Assembly (NCBI GenBank): GCA_024654565.1
Contig: JANLHM010000001.1
Location: forward strand, 36,905-60,904
Direction: 5' to 3'
Length of the DNA stretch: 24,000 nt
Source: Nanobdellota archaeon
GTDB lineage: Archaea > Nanobdellota > Nanobdellia > Pacearchaeales > GW2011-AR1
A program made the translations under genes and the position numbers. The notes under the pieces were generated by a model that was not told where the DNA came from, made no database searches, and saw only the letters and a program-made list of their open reading frames with translations. Below are positions 14,643 to 23,263 of the stretch, one piece after another. Position 1 is the first letter of the stretch, and every line of letters starts with the position of its first letter.

Positions 14643-14716
14643 GAGGCTATAGCTCAGCTTGGTAGAGCGCTGCTCTGATAAGGCAGAGGTCCACAGTTCA
14701 AATCTGTGTAGCCTCA
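14643..14716 (+). tRNA. tRNA-Ile (anticodon GAU), 74 nt, no encoded CCA
   Basis: Hand-folded: acceptor GAGGCTA/TAGCCTC, D arm GCTC-AGCTTGGTA-GAGC, anticodon arm CTGCT-CTGATAA-GGCAG, T arm CACAG-TTCAAAT-CTGTG, discriminator A. A T5 run follows. Confidence 0.9.
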
Positions 14717-14724
14717 TTTTTAAA

Positions 14725-15285
14725 ATGCAATACGAAGTCGAAAAAAGAAGTAAACTTAAAGAGAAGTCGGAATTTGAAAGAGTTAAAAATTATCTTGACA
14801 ATAATGCAGAATTTTTAGGTAAAAAAGAAATGAAGTCTTACCTTTATCAAAAACCTACATTCTTGAGAATAAGGTTAATTGCAGGAGAAAATGAAGCTCT
14901 GATAACAGAAAAGGTTGGAGAATATACGGAGGTCGCAAGACCCGAAAAAGAGTATAATCTTCCAATTTCTAAGATTAATGAGTTTGTATCTCTGAAAGAC
15001 CGCGAAGGTTATGAAACTTGCTCACTACTCCACACAACAAGATATTCTTACAAATTAAATGGATTTAAAGTTGAGCTTAATGAAATTGATTATTTGGGGT
15101 TGATTGTTGAAATCGAGGCAATAACAGAAAATCAAAAAGAAATTCCAACTATTGAAGAAAAAATAAAAAAAATTATGAAAAAACTAAACCTTGAAGAATT
15201 GAATCCCAAAGAGTATCAAAAAATGATGGATTATATGTACTCTCAAACATTAAAATCTATTTCCGAACATGAGTTTAAACTTTGA
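14725..15285 (+). CDS. CYTH-domain protein (triphosphate tunnel metalloenzyme / CyaB-like)
   Basis: The N-terminal YEVEKR carries the ExExK signature. LRIRL and ELNEIDYLGLIVEIEA are typical later strands. I place the start at the ATG at 14725; the track's longer ORF (from 14659) reads through the tRNA-Ile gene. Confidence 0.7.
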   Translation: MQYEVEKRSKLKEKSEFERVKNYLDNNAEFLGKKEMKSYLYQKPTFLRIRLIAGENEALITEKVGEYTEVARPEKEYNLPISKINEFVSLKDREGYETCSLLHTTRYSYKLNGFKVELNEIDYLGLIVEIEAITENQKEIPTIEEKIKKIMKKLNLEELNPKEYQKMMDYMYSQTLKSISEHEFKL

Positions 15286-15291
15286 TGATAA

Positions 15292-15930
15292 CTAAATAGC
15301 ATCAAGTTCAAGTGTCAAAATACCTTTTACTAAAGAATATTTTTTAAGGGGTAGGTCTATTGGGATTCTTTTTAAGTATCCTGTTTTTTCTCCGACAGCT
15401 TTTACTTCAAGACTGTTTTCAAGCTTTACAATTGAAATGTCTTTAATTGACTTTACACCAGGAACTTCAACTTCGTATTCAATCTTATCTTCAACTCTTT
15501 TCAATTTTGACTTTGGTTCTTTTTTCTTGATTCTTTTCCATCTCTCTAGGTTGTCTTCAGAAAATTCAATCGGAAGGAATTTGACATTCGGGTCTTTCTT
15601 TGTCAACTTTGCATTTTCGGGAAGAATCTCTTTCCCATTTATCATTAATTTTAATTTTGGTTGTGAAAAACTTCCTCTTTTTACTATTCCCTTTTGAAGT
15701 TCTTTTTCCACAATTTTCATTCCCTGATTGAGCATTTTAGCCATAAATTTGTCAATCATCTTGTCTCCCATGTTCCCAAAGATTCCAATTTTTTCAGTCC
15801 CAGAATCATTTTTTCCAAGCATCCCCCAATTATCTTTTGAGTCTCTAACTTGACTTCCGCAATTAGGGCAAAAGTTGTGACTATTTCTTACCTTTTCGTT
15901 ACAAACCCCGCACTTTTTTTTACCAATCAT
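15292..15930 (-). CDS. Zinc-ribbon protein with a C-terminal HSP20/alpha-crystallin-like domain
   Basis: The N-terminus CGVCNEKVRNSHNFCPNCG is a CxxC...CxxC ribbon. The C-terminus YEVEVPGVKSIKDISIVKLENSLEVKA...GILTLEL resembles an ACD/p23-like beta-sandwich. Confidence 0.55.
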   Translation of the reverse strand: MIGKKKCGVCNEKVRNSHNFCPNCGSQVRDSKDNWGMLGKNDSGTEKIGIFGNMGDKMIDKFMAKMLNQGMKIVEKELQKGIVKRGSFSQPKLKLMINGKEILPENAKLTKKDPNVKFLPIEFSEDNLERWKRIKKKEPKSKLKRVEDKIEYEVEVPGVKSIKDISIVKLENSLEVKAVGEKTGYLKRIPIDLPLKKYSLVKGILTLELDAI

Positions 15931-16077
15931 ATTTATTAAATTTTTAAATTTGCTCCTAAAATTCCTCTAAAATAATAGGAAACTTCGTTTTAAATATTTT
16001 TGGGATTAGAGGTTTATTATGTATTGTAAACCCTTTCCATATAATTGGAGTAAGAAGGGTTTCTCAATAGGGTTACA

Positions 16078-16088
16078 TTTTTATATTA
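16078..16088 (+). promoter_or_regulatory. TATA-like box for metG
   Basis: tttttatatta lies 20-30 nt upstream of the ATG at 16108. Confidence 0.3.
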
Positions 16089-16107
16089 TTAACCTCTTTT
16101 ATTTTGA

Positions 16108-17913
16108 ATGACAAAGAAGTTTTACATTACAACCGCAATTGATTACGTGAATGCAAAGCCCCATATTGGTCACGCATTTGAAAAAGTCTTAGCTGATGCT
16201 CTTGCACGTTGGGGGCGCTCTAAAGAAAAAGAGGTTTTTTTCCTTACTGGTGTTGATGAAAATGCACAAAAAAACGTTGAAGCAGCAGAAAGGGCAGGAG
16301 TTTCTGTAAAAGAGTTTATTGATAAAAACACCGCCTCATTCGTTGACCTTTGCAGTAAGTTAAACATTTCATATTCTGACTTTATTCGAACAACAGATAA
16401 AAGTCACGCAGTTGTTGTTCAAAAATTAATGAAAAAGATGATGGATAAGGGGGATGTTTACAAAGATGTTTATGAAGGACTCTATTGCATCGGTTGTGAG
16501 ACTTATTACTCGGAAAAAGATTTAGTTGATGGGAAGTGTCCAGAGCACAATAAGGAACCCGAACTCAGAAAAGAAGAGGCTTATTTTTTCAGGCTAAGTA
16601 AATACGAAAAAAATTTAAAAAAAATAATTCCAAAATATGTTGTTCCAAAGTTTAGGGGAAATGAAGTTCTCTCAAGGGTAAATGAAGGGTTAAAAGATAT
16701 ATGTATCAGTAGAAAAGGTGCAAAATGGGGAATTGATTTTCCGGGGGACAAAAACTACAAAATCTGGGTTTGGATTGATGCTTTGATAAATTATGTTTCT
16801 GGAGCAAAAGAAAACTGGCCTGCAGATACTCACGTTATAGGGAAAGGAATTAATTGGTTTCATTCGGTAATTTGGCCTTCAATATTACTTTCAGTAGAAT
16901 ATGAACTTCCAAAGAAACTTCTAGTTCATGGTTACCTTAACACTGGGGGAAAAAAAATGTCCAAAAGTCTTGGAAATGTAATTGACCCGATAGAACTTAT
17001 TAATAAATATGGGGCCGATGCTGTTAGATACTCTTTGCTGAGGTGTTCAGTTTTTGAAGACACCGATTATTCTGAAGAAATTCTAATAACAAGATATAAC
17101 AACGAACTAGCAAACAAACTTGGGAACCTCGTTTCAAGAGTTTCAGGATTAATAGAGAAAAATGGAGTTGAAGAAACACCAAACAAACTTATCAAAAAAC
17201 TTGATGAAAAGAAAATTGATAAACTGATGGAAAATTATGAAATTGATAAAGCAATAAATGAAATTTTTGCTTTCATAGATAAATGCAATGAATATGTTCA
17301 GGAAAAAAAACCTTGGGAGACGGGGAACAAAAAAGTTTTATATGAATTAAAGGAATCGATTTTAAAAATTTCCAAAGTTATTTCACCATTTATCCCAGAA
17401 AGTGCTGAAAAAATAAAAAAGCAATTCACTAATAAAAAGATTGTGAAGGGTGAACCCCTGTTTGTTAAAATAGAAACTCCAAATGAAGAACTGAAAGTTA
17501 ATAATGGGAAAATTGATAAGGGGAAATTTAATGATAGCAAAATTAATAAATCCGTGAAGATTGAGGGGATTATGTCAGCAAGCGAAGTAAATTTTCAGGA
17601 TTGGGAAAAACTCGATTTAAGGGTTGCAGAAATTAAAAGAGTGGAGGATGTTGTTGGGGCAGATAAGCTTTACAAATTAACTCTTGACGTCGGAGAATTG
17701 GGAGAAAGAACAATTTGTGCCGGATTAAAAGAATTTTACCCTAAAGAAAAACTAAAAGGAAAAAAAATAATTTATTTTTCAAACCTTAAATCAAGAGTGA
17801 TGAAGGGAATTGAGTCTCAAGGGATGCTTTTAGCAGCATCAACAGAAAACCATGAAAAAGTTGTTTTAATTTCTCCAGAGAAAGAAATCGAAAACGGTTC
17901 GAGGATTGGTTAA
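16108..17913 (+). CDS. metG: Methionyl-tRNA synthetase with a C-terminal Trbp111/EMAPII-like tRNA-binding domain
   Basis: HIGH motif (KPHIGHAFE), zinc knuckle CIGCETYY...CPEH and KMSKS (GGKKMSKSLGN). The C-terminal VAEIKRVEDVVGADKLYKLTLDVGE...GMLLAAS is an OB-fold tRNA-binding domain. Confidence 0.95.
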   Translation: MTKKFYITTAIDYVNAKPHIGHAFEKVLADALARWGRSKEKEVFFLTGVDENAQKNVEAAERAGVSVKEFIDKNTASFVDLCSKLNISYSDFIRTTDKSHAVVVQKLMKKMMDKGDVYKDVYEGLYCIGCETYYSEKDLVDGKCPEHNKEPELRKEEAYFFRLSKYEKNLKKIIPKYVVPKFRGNEVLSRVNEGLKDICISRKGAKWGIDFPGDKNYKIWVWIDALINYVSGAKENWPADTHVIGKGINWFHSVIWPSILLSVEYELPKKLLVHGYLNTGGKKMSKSLGNVIDPIELINKYGADAVRYSLLRCSVFEDTDYSEEILITRYNNELANKLGNLVSRVSGLIEKNGVEETPNKLIKKLDEKKIDKLMENYEIDKAINEIFAFIDKCNEYVQEKKPWETGNKKVLYELKESILKISKVISPFIPESAEKIKKQFTNKKIVKGEPLFVKIETPNEELKVNNGKIDKGKFNDSKINKSVKIEGIMSASEVNFQDWEKLDLRVAEIKRVEDVVGADKLYKLTLDVGELGERTICAGLKEFYPKEKLKGKKIIYFSNLKSRVMKGIESQGMLLAASTENHEKVVLISPEKEIENGSRIG

Positions 17914-17914
17914 T

Positions 17915-18259
17915 ATGAACTTAATAAGTGAAAGAAGTAGTCGACATAAAAAAACCAGTTTGATTGCAAAACTAAATGAGAGTTTTTTAGAACCAATTTT
18001 TGACAAGTCAAAATATGAATGGAGTGAAGTAGAAGAGTTTTCCAAGAAAAAATTTAGTAATCTTCTTGAACTGCGTGAGAATACTCCCAAAGGGTTATAT
18101 CTAAAAGACAAACTTGAAACAAATGTTCAGTCTGTAATCCTTTTACCCCACGAAATTAATCAATGGCCAATTTGTTACACTGAAACAATAAATTCGGTAA
18201 AAAAAGAACATATTGTTGGATATATCTTTTCAAAAGACGAAGATCCCGTTAAATATTAG
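17915..18259 (+). CDS. Hypothetical protein (114 aa)
   Basis: The ATG lies 1 nt after the metG stop. The track's TTG start at 17906 would overlap metG. No family recognised. Confidence 0.5.
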   Translation: MNLISERSSRHKKTSLIAKLNESFLEPIFDKSKYEWSEVEEFSKKKFSNLLELRENTPKGLYLKDKLETNVQSVILLPHEINQWPICYTETINSVKKEHIVGYIFSKDEDPVKY

Positions 18260-18358
18260 TCAATAAAATTTTAAAAGAATATTTTCCAATATGCACTATT
18301 GAAATATATGTTATAGATTATACATCTAATTTATAAATTTTATAGAATTTTTTTTAAA

Positions 18359-18706
18359 ATGAAAATCAATAAAGATAGTCTTAACAATAGATATTCAATT
18401 CATTTTGAGGAGGCATTTCTAAAGTGTGATTATTTTCCGAGAAATTTTAGTACTGAATATTTTATTAAATTTAGGGGGTCAGAGTATCCTTGGTCCCTTA
18501 TGGAGGGAGTTTTTATAGATGGGGAAAAGTTGATTAGGCAGGATGATTCAAAAGGACTTGTAAAAGTTTTGGCAAGTCAATATGGAAGTTTTTCATCAAT
18601 TGTGATAGATGGTTCAAAGGAAGACGCGGGAAAATTTTATTCTGTTCCAAATGAAGATTTAGTTTATGGTAAAGAAGAAATTATTTCGGGGTCTGAAGAG
18701 GATTAA
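18359..18706 (+). CDS. Hypothetical protein (115 aa)
   Basis: The ORF is preceded by atttataaat about 21-30 nt upstream. The C-terminus is acidic. No family recognised. Confidence 0.5.
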   Translation: MKINKDSLNNRYSIHFEEAFLKCDYFPRNFSTEYFIKFRGSEYPWSLMEGVFIDGEKLIRQDDSKGLVKVLASQYGSFSSIVIDGSKEDAGKFYSVPNEDLVYGKEEIISGSEED

Positions 18707-18711
18707 ATTGT

Positions 18712-19482
18712 TTATCTCTTAAATTTTCCTCTTAAAACTTCCCAGAGTGTTGGTTTATCTGAATCTGAATCATACTCTTCATCAAGTAACCTTGCCGCAA
18801 TCTCCTTATATGCACGTGCAGACTTTGATTTTGGGTGAAGGTGAACTAATGGTCTTTTGTGTCGGAGGGCATCCTGAGCAAGAATGTCTTCAGGAATCAT
18901 CCCCAATATGGGAATTTCAAGCATTTCTTTAACAGTCTCAGGTGAAAGTTCATAATCATTTTTCCTTACTCTAGTCATGATAATTCCCGTTATTGGTTTT
19001 CTCATACTCTGGGCAATTTTGATTGTTTTCAATGCGTCAGTTATTGCAGGCATTTCAGGGTTTGAAACAAGAATAATTTCATCAGCAAGTTCCATCACAC
19101 TAAGTGCCTCTTTTCCAAGTCCGGCTGAGCAGTCAAGAATGACAAACTCGGCAAGATTTTTAAATTCATCTTTAAAATTTTTAAGTTTTTCAATCTTTAA
19201 TTTGCCAAGTTCTTTTACTGAAAGAGATGAAGGGATAACTTTTATTCCAGATTCATGAACATAAACTGCTTCATAAGGATGAGCTTTTTTTTGAAGAACA
19301 TGATTAAGGTTTATTGGAACTTCAGGAGAATTAAGGTGAATTCCAACGTTTGGTGTAGACATATTTGCATCAATTATTAAAACATCTCTTTTAAAAAGTT
19401 TAATTGCTGCCCCGAGGTTGATTGCAGTAGTTGTTTTACCCACTCCTCCTTTTCCAGATGCAATTACTATCATTCTTCTCAT
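18712..19482 (-). CDS. MinD/ParA-family P-loop ATPase (archaeal MinD-like), copy 2
   Basis: Deviant Walker A motif SGKGGVGKTTT, plus LIIDANMSTPNVGIHL and FVILDCSAGL. The C-terminal tail LWEVLRGKFKR is basic and amphipathic, like a membrane-targeting tail. The start overlaps the upstream stop in an ATGA (19479-19482). Confidence 0.85.
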   Translation of the reverse strand: MRRMIVIASGKGGVGKTTTAINLGAAIKLFKRDVLIIDANMSTPNVGIHLNSPEVPINLNHVLQKKAHPYEAVYVHESGIKVIPSSLSVKELGKLKIEKLKNFKDEFKNLAEFVILDCSAGLGKEALSVMELADEIILVSNPEMPAITDALKTIKIAQSMRKPITGIIMTRVRKNDYELSPETVKEMLEIPILGMIPEDILAQDALRHKRPLVHLHPKSKSARAYKEIAARLLDEEYDSDSDKPTLWEVLRGKFKR

Positions 19483-19922
19483 TTTTCTTTTAATCTCTTT
19501 TTTGTAATGTCAACAAAGTGCTCAAGCATATCTGCGTATTCTTTTAATTTCTCAAGGTTAATATTTATTTCTTTTCCCCTAAATGTAACCTGTAAATTCA
19601 CATTCTTCCTAAATTCACCGATTCTTTCAGTTTTTAAGCTTTCGATTTTCCTTAACATCATAAAAAAATCAATAGTGTTAATTGCCACCTGGTCTTTTTT
19701 TAGAACCTTTTTAACTTCATTAATCCTTCCAATTGCATTGTCAGAAACTTCACTTATTTTGCCCTTGGATTTTGCGTCGTTTAGTACATGAATTATACAT
19801 ATGTCAATCATTTTTCTCCATCTTAAGAGTAAATTCATGATCACGTCACATGTTTTTGTATATTTCAAGCTAACATATAGTAAATGATCTGCACTTATTT
19901 TTTCTTGAATAATGTCTTCCAT
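19479..19922 (-). CDS. Hypothetical helical protein (147 aa), translationally coupled to MinD copy 2
   Basis: Long ORF with Lys/Glu-rich helical composition. Its stop overlaps the MinD start codon. No family recognised. Confidence 0.6.
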   Translation of the reverse strand: MEDIIQEKISADHLLYVSLKYTKTCDVIMNLLLRWRKMIDICIIHVLNDAKSKGKISEVSDNAIGRINEVKKVLKKDQVAINTIDFFMMLRKIESLKTERIGEFRKNVNLQVTFRGKEININLEKLKEYADMLEHFVDITKKRLKEK

Positions 19923-19995
19923 TTTAATTTTTTCAATCTTTCTTTGAATAAGAAGCTAAAAACTACAAGGTACCAAACCTTTTTATAATTATTCT

Positions 19996-20328
19996 TCAGT
20001 CCGAAAGCTCTAATATTGCTTCAGCCAAATCATTTGTCTTCTCTAAAATTTTTTTGGCCTCTTCAAAAGAACATCCGGTTTTTTCCATAACAGTTTTAAT
20101 ATCTTCAGAAGAAACTCCTACCTCCCTTGACGACTCTTTTACCTCGCCGGAGATTTGAAAGCTTGTTTCTCCGTGCATTTTTATTTTGACAATATTTGGG
20201 TTTTCTATAACAATAAGGTTTCCGTCACTTTTTTCAATTGTAACTTTTTCAGCTGAAACTTCTTCTTGGGAAATTCCCATTTTTTTCATCATTCCCTGCA
20301 TTTGCTTAGGATTTATTCCGCCAAACAT
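19996..20328 (-). CDS. nac: Nascent polypeptide-associated complex protein (archaeal NAC, NAC + UBA domains)
   Basis: The N-terminus is NPKQMQGMMKKMGI. The NAC beta-barrel region is VTIEKSDGNLIVIENPNIVKIKMHGETSFQISGE. The C-terminus is UBA-like (SEDIKTVMEKTGCSFEEAKKILEKTNDLAEAILEL). Confidence 0.85.
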   Translation of the reverse strand: MFGGINPKQMQGMMKKMGISQEEVSAEKVTIEKSDGNLIVIENPNIVKIKMHGETSFQISGEVKESSREVGVSSEDIKTVMEKTGCSFEEAKKILEKTNDLAEAILELSD

Positions 20329-20329
20329 T

Positions 20330-20491
20330 TCAACTCAAAAATAAGCCTAAACCAATTCTAAATGCCACAATCAGGATAATGAACACGATTACATGTGTTG
20401 GTTTCAGCATAAATTTACTTGCATATTCTTCCTTATAGTTCACTAGTCCCCCAAAACCTGATGGAAGACTTATTCCTGGATTTTGTGCCAT
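20330..20491 (-). CDS. secG: Preprotein translocase Sec61-beta/SecG-type subunit (53 aa)
   Basis: MAQNPGISLPSGFGGLVNYKEEY followed by a single C-terminal TM helix (THVIVFIILIVAFRIGLGLFL) is the tail-anchored Sec61-beta layout. I use the ATG at 20491; the track start at 20512 is GTG. The stop lies 1 nt before the nac start. Confidence 0.6.
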   Translation of the reverse strand: MAQNPGISLPSGFGGLVNYKEEYASKFMLKPTHVIVFIILIVAFRIGLGLFLS

Positions 20492-20537
20492 AGTTGAAAA
20501 GAAGTGCCCCACACTATAAAAATGTTTTTGTGGAATG

Positions 20538-20790
20538 GGCTCTGGGACAAAACTAGAGATAACCTTTAATCTAAGAGGAACTTTTTATGACAACTTTTCT
20601 TAATATCATCAGTTTTTATTTTTATTGCTGATACTCTCTAAAAACCTCCCAGCTAAATAAATATTTCTGTGATAAACTTATGATTTTCTTTAAAAATAAT
20701 CTTGGATTAGTTATATTAGGAAAAATGAAAATAATAAAAATATGGAATACAAAATTTTAGTAAATCTTAGGGAGTTTTGTCCCAAGAGCC
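20538..20790. mobile_element. MITE-like non-autonomous element (253 bp) with terminal inverted repeats and a 9-bp target-site duplication
   Basis: The left end is ggctctgggacaaaact (20538-20554). The right end is agttttgtcccaagagcc (20773-20790), whose reverse complement ggctcttgggacaaaact differs by one indel. It is flanked by the exact direct repeat tgtggaatg at 20529-20537 and 20791-20799. The interior is AT-rich with no ORF of note. Confidence 0.6.
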
Positions 20791-20810
20791 TGTGGAATGT
20801 GAATCAAACA

Positions 20811-20820
20811 TTTTTTAAAT
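20811..20820 (+). promoter_or_regulatory. TATA-like box for valS
   Basis: ttttttaaat lies 21-30 nt upstream of the ATG at 20841. Confidence 0.3.
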
Positions 20821-20840
20821 TCTCTAGGTGTATGACTTAA

Positions 20841-23225
20841 ATGAAGTTATCTGAAATAAAAAACTGGTCTCCCGAGATAGAAAAAGTGATAACTGAAAAA
20901 TGGAAAAATTCAGAGCCTCACAAATTTGATGCAAACTCAAAGAAAAAAATTTATTCAATAGACACCCCCCCTCCGTATGTTAATGCTCCGATTCATATCG
21001 GTCAGGCCGTTACATACTGTTATATGGATTTTTTTGCAAGGTTCAAAAGGATGCAAGGTTATGAAGTTCTTTTTCCGTTGGGGCTTGACAGAAATGGACT
21101 TCCAATAGAGATGGCGGCAGAGAAGAAGTTCAAGGTTTCTCCTTTTAATGTTGGGAGAGAGAAATTTATGGATTATTGCAAAAAAATTCTTGAGAGTACC
21201 TCAAGCGAAACATCTGACACTTTTGCAAAACTTGGAATTTCCTTTACTTCCTATAAAGAAGGGCCACATATTGGGGCGGTTTATCTGACGGATTCACCAG
21301 AGTATAGGGGCGTAACCCAAGCAACTTTTATTGAGCTCTTCAAAAAAGGTCTTATTTATGAGGATGTGAGAATAAATAACTGGGACCCGAAGTTGCAAAC
21401 TACAATAGCAGATTCCGAAATTGAATATAAAGATATTGAAAGTAATTTTAATGATGTAAAATGGGGCGTAAAAGAGACAGGGGAAGAAATTGTTATTGGG
21501 ACAACGAGACCGGAGTTAATCTGCACTTGTGGTATGGTTATTTTTAATCCGGGGGATAAGCGCTACAAACATCTTGATGGAAAAACTGCAATTTCTCCCA
21601 TTTTTGGAAAAGAGATTCCGATAAAATCTCACCCTCTAGCCCAGATTGAGAAAGGAACAGGTCTTGCAATGATGTGTTCTGCAGGAGATTTATCAGATAT
21701 CCAATTTTTTAGAGAGATGGGTTTGAAACCCGAAATTGCGATAGAGAGAGATGGAAAGATGAATAAAATAGCAGGACCACTTAAAGGTTTGAAGGTTCAT
21801 GAGGCAAGAGAAAAAATAATCTCTTTATTAAAAGAAAGAAAGCTTTTAGTGAAACAGGAAAAAATATTTCATAGGACGCCAGTTGCGGAAAGGTCAGGAG
21901 CAGAAGTAGAATTTATCTCCATGCCCGAGTATTATCTTAAGCAGATTGAATTCAAAAAAGATATGAAGAAAATTTCAAAGGATATTAATTTTTATCCTAA
22001 GACTGCTAAGAAAATTTTGGATGATTGGATTGATTCAGTTTCAATTGATTGGCCCATTTCACGTAGTAGGTTTTATGCAACGCCAATTCCTTTGTGGATT
22101 GCTGAAAAAGAGGGAAAAAAACTTTATGCTTTAGGAAAGACGGGGAAATATTGTGAGCCTTGGAAAGAGAGAGTTAATGATGATTTAGAAGTTTATTGTG
22201 GAAGAAAAAAGATTGGGGTTGTGGGAGATTTTAGGGGTTTAAATTGGGTTGGAGAAGAAAAAGTTTTCGATACATGGATGGATTCTTCAATTTCTGAACT
22301 TGTTCTACTTAAGTACAAATCCGACGACAAATTCTTCAACAAGACGTACCCATGTTCGTTAAGGCCTCAGGGGAAAGAGATAATCAGAACTTGGCTTTAC
22401 TACACAATTCTTAGGGGGTTTTTGGAAACGGATAAAGCTTGTTTTAAAGATGTTTGGATAAATCAGCACATCGTCGACGGTCTTGGGTACAAAATGTCAA
22501 AATCAAAAGGAAATGTTATCGATCCCCAAAAACTTCTAAAAGAATATGGAGCTGAAGCGATAAGATTTTGGGCAGCAACTGAGGGGGATTTATCGAAGCA
22601 AGATTTGAAGTGCTCTGAGGAGAGGATAAATGGGGAGAAAAAAACAATAAATAAGATTTTGAATGTATCCAAATTTGTTATGATGTTTGAAAATCCAGGC
22701 AGTAAGCCCAATCTAACAAGTATGGATAGTCTTTTTATAGATTATTTGGAGGACCTCACAAAAAAAACAAAAGAAAACTATGAAAAATATAACTTTTACA
22801 ATCCCGCTATTGAATTAAGAAAATTTTTATGGGATACTTTTTCATCACATTATGTTGAGATTGTTAAGGGAAGAGCATATAATCAGGGGGGAAAGTTCTC
22901 TAACTCTGAAATGAATTCTGCAAGGTATACTTTACATTTTTTACTTGAAAGATTTTTAACATTATCTTTTCCAATTATCCCCCAGGTGACTTCTTTAATC
23001 TTGGGTGAAAAGGGGATTAAAATTTCTGATTCTGATTTTCCCCAAGGGAAGAAATTCAAGAAGGATTTTAAAATTATAGAAGATTTTGTTAATTTTAATT
23101 CTTTGGTCTGGAAAAAGAAAAAAGAATCAAGTATTGGATTGAGAGATTCAATTCAAGGAGTAAAAATTCCCGCGAGTTTAAAAGATTTTGAAAAAGACCT
23201 AATACATGCACATAATTTGATTTGA
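20841..23225 (+). CDS. valS: Valyl-tRNA synthetase (archaeal type; class Ia aaRS)
   Basis: A HIGH-variant motif PPPYVNAPIHIGQA and KMSKS (GYKMSKSKGN) are present. The editing-domain blocks GTTRPE, PGDKRYKHLDGKTAISP and GTGLAMMCSAGDLSDIQFF, plus GLDRNGLPIE, fit ValRS better than IleRS or LeuRS. At 794 aa it is on the short side. Confidence 0.75.
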   Translation: MKLSEIKNWSPEIEKVITEKWKNSEPHKFDANSKKKIYSIDTPPPYVNAPIHIGQAVTYCYMDFFARFKRMQGYEVLFPLGLDRNGLPIEMAAEKKFKVSPFNVGREKFMDYCKKILESTSSETSDTFAKLGISFTSYKEGPHIGAVYLTDSPEYRGVTQATFIELFKKGLIYEDVRINNWDPKLQTTIADSEIEYKDIESNFNDVKWGVKETGEEIVIGTTRPELICTCGMVIFNPGDKRYKHLDGKTAISPIFGKEIPIKSHPLAQIEKGTGLAMMCSAGDLSDIQFFREMGLKPEIAIERDGKMNKIAGPLKGLKVHEAREKIISLLKERKLLVKQEKIFHRTPVAERSGAEVEFISMPEYYLKQIEFKKDMKKISKDINFYPKTAKKILDDWIDSVSIDWPISRSRFYATPIPLWIAEKEGKKLYALGKTGKYCEPWKERVNDDLEVYCGRKKIGVVGDFRGLNWVGEEKVFDTWMDSSISELVLLKYKSDDKFFNKTYPCSLRPQGKEIIRTWLYYTILRGFLETDKACFKDVWINQHIVDGLGYKMSKSKGNVIDPQKLLKEYGAEAIRFWAATEGDLSKQDLKCSEERINGEKKTINKILNVSKFVMMFENPGSKPNLTSMDSLFIDYLEDLTKKTKENYEKYNFYNPAIELRKFLWDTFSSHYVEIVKGRAYNQGGKFSNSEMNSARYTLHFLLERFLTLSFPIIPQVTSLILGEKGIKISDSDFPQGKKFKKDFKIIEDFVNFNSLVWKKKKESSIGLRDSIQGVKIPASLKDFEKDLIHAHNLI

Positions 23226-23263
23226 ATATAAATTCTTAAAAAGCTTTTTTAATTTTGAAGAGC

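Noticed and set aside
14659-14724. 22-codon N-terminal extension of the CYTH gene in the ORF track
   Set aside because: It reads through the tRNA-Ile gene (14643-14716). The conserved ExExK N-terminus begins right after the ATG at 14725.
16027-16060. 8-bp inverted repeat aaaccctt / aagggttt upstream of metG
   Set aside because: The repeat is short with a long loop, so it could easily arise by chance. It has no recognisable regulatory context.
1834-22711. Remaining antisense or overlapping track ORFs (1834-2016, 7546-7737, 8408-8602, 9678-9923, 12159-12356, 12967-13200, 12978-13172, 13401-13631, 13749-13982, 15437-15697, 16170-16367, 17298-17540, 17866-18111, 18747-18932, 18977-19258, 19507-19791, 22463-22711)
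   Set aside because: Each lies inside a longer, motif-supported gene on the opposite strand. Their low-complexity Phe/Leu/Ser-rich products are typical of shadow ORFs in AT-rich genomes.
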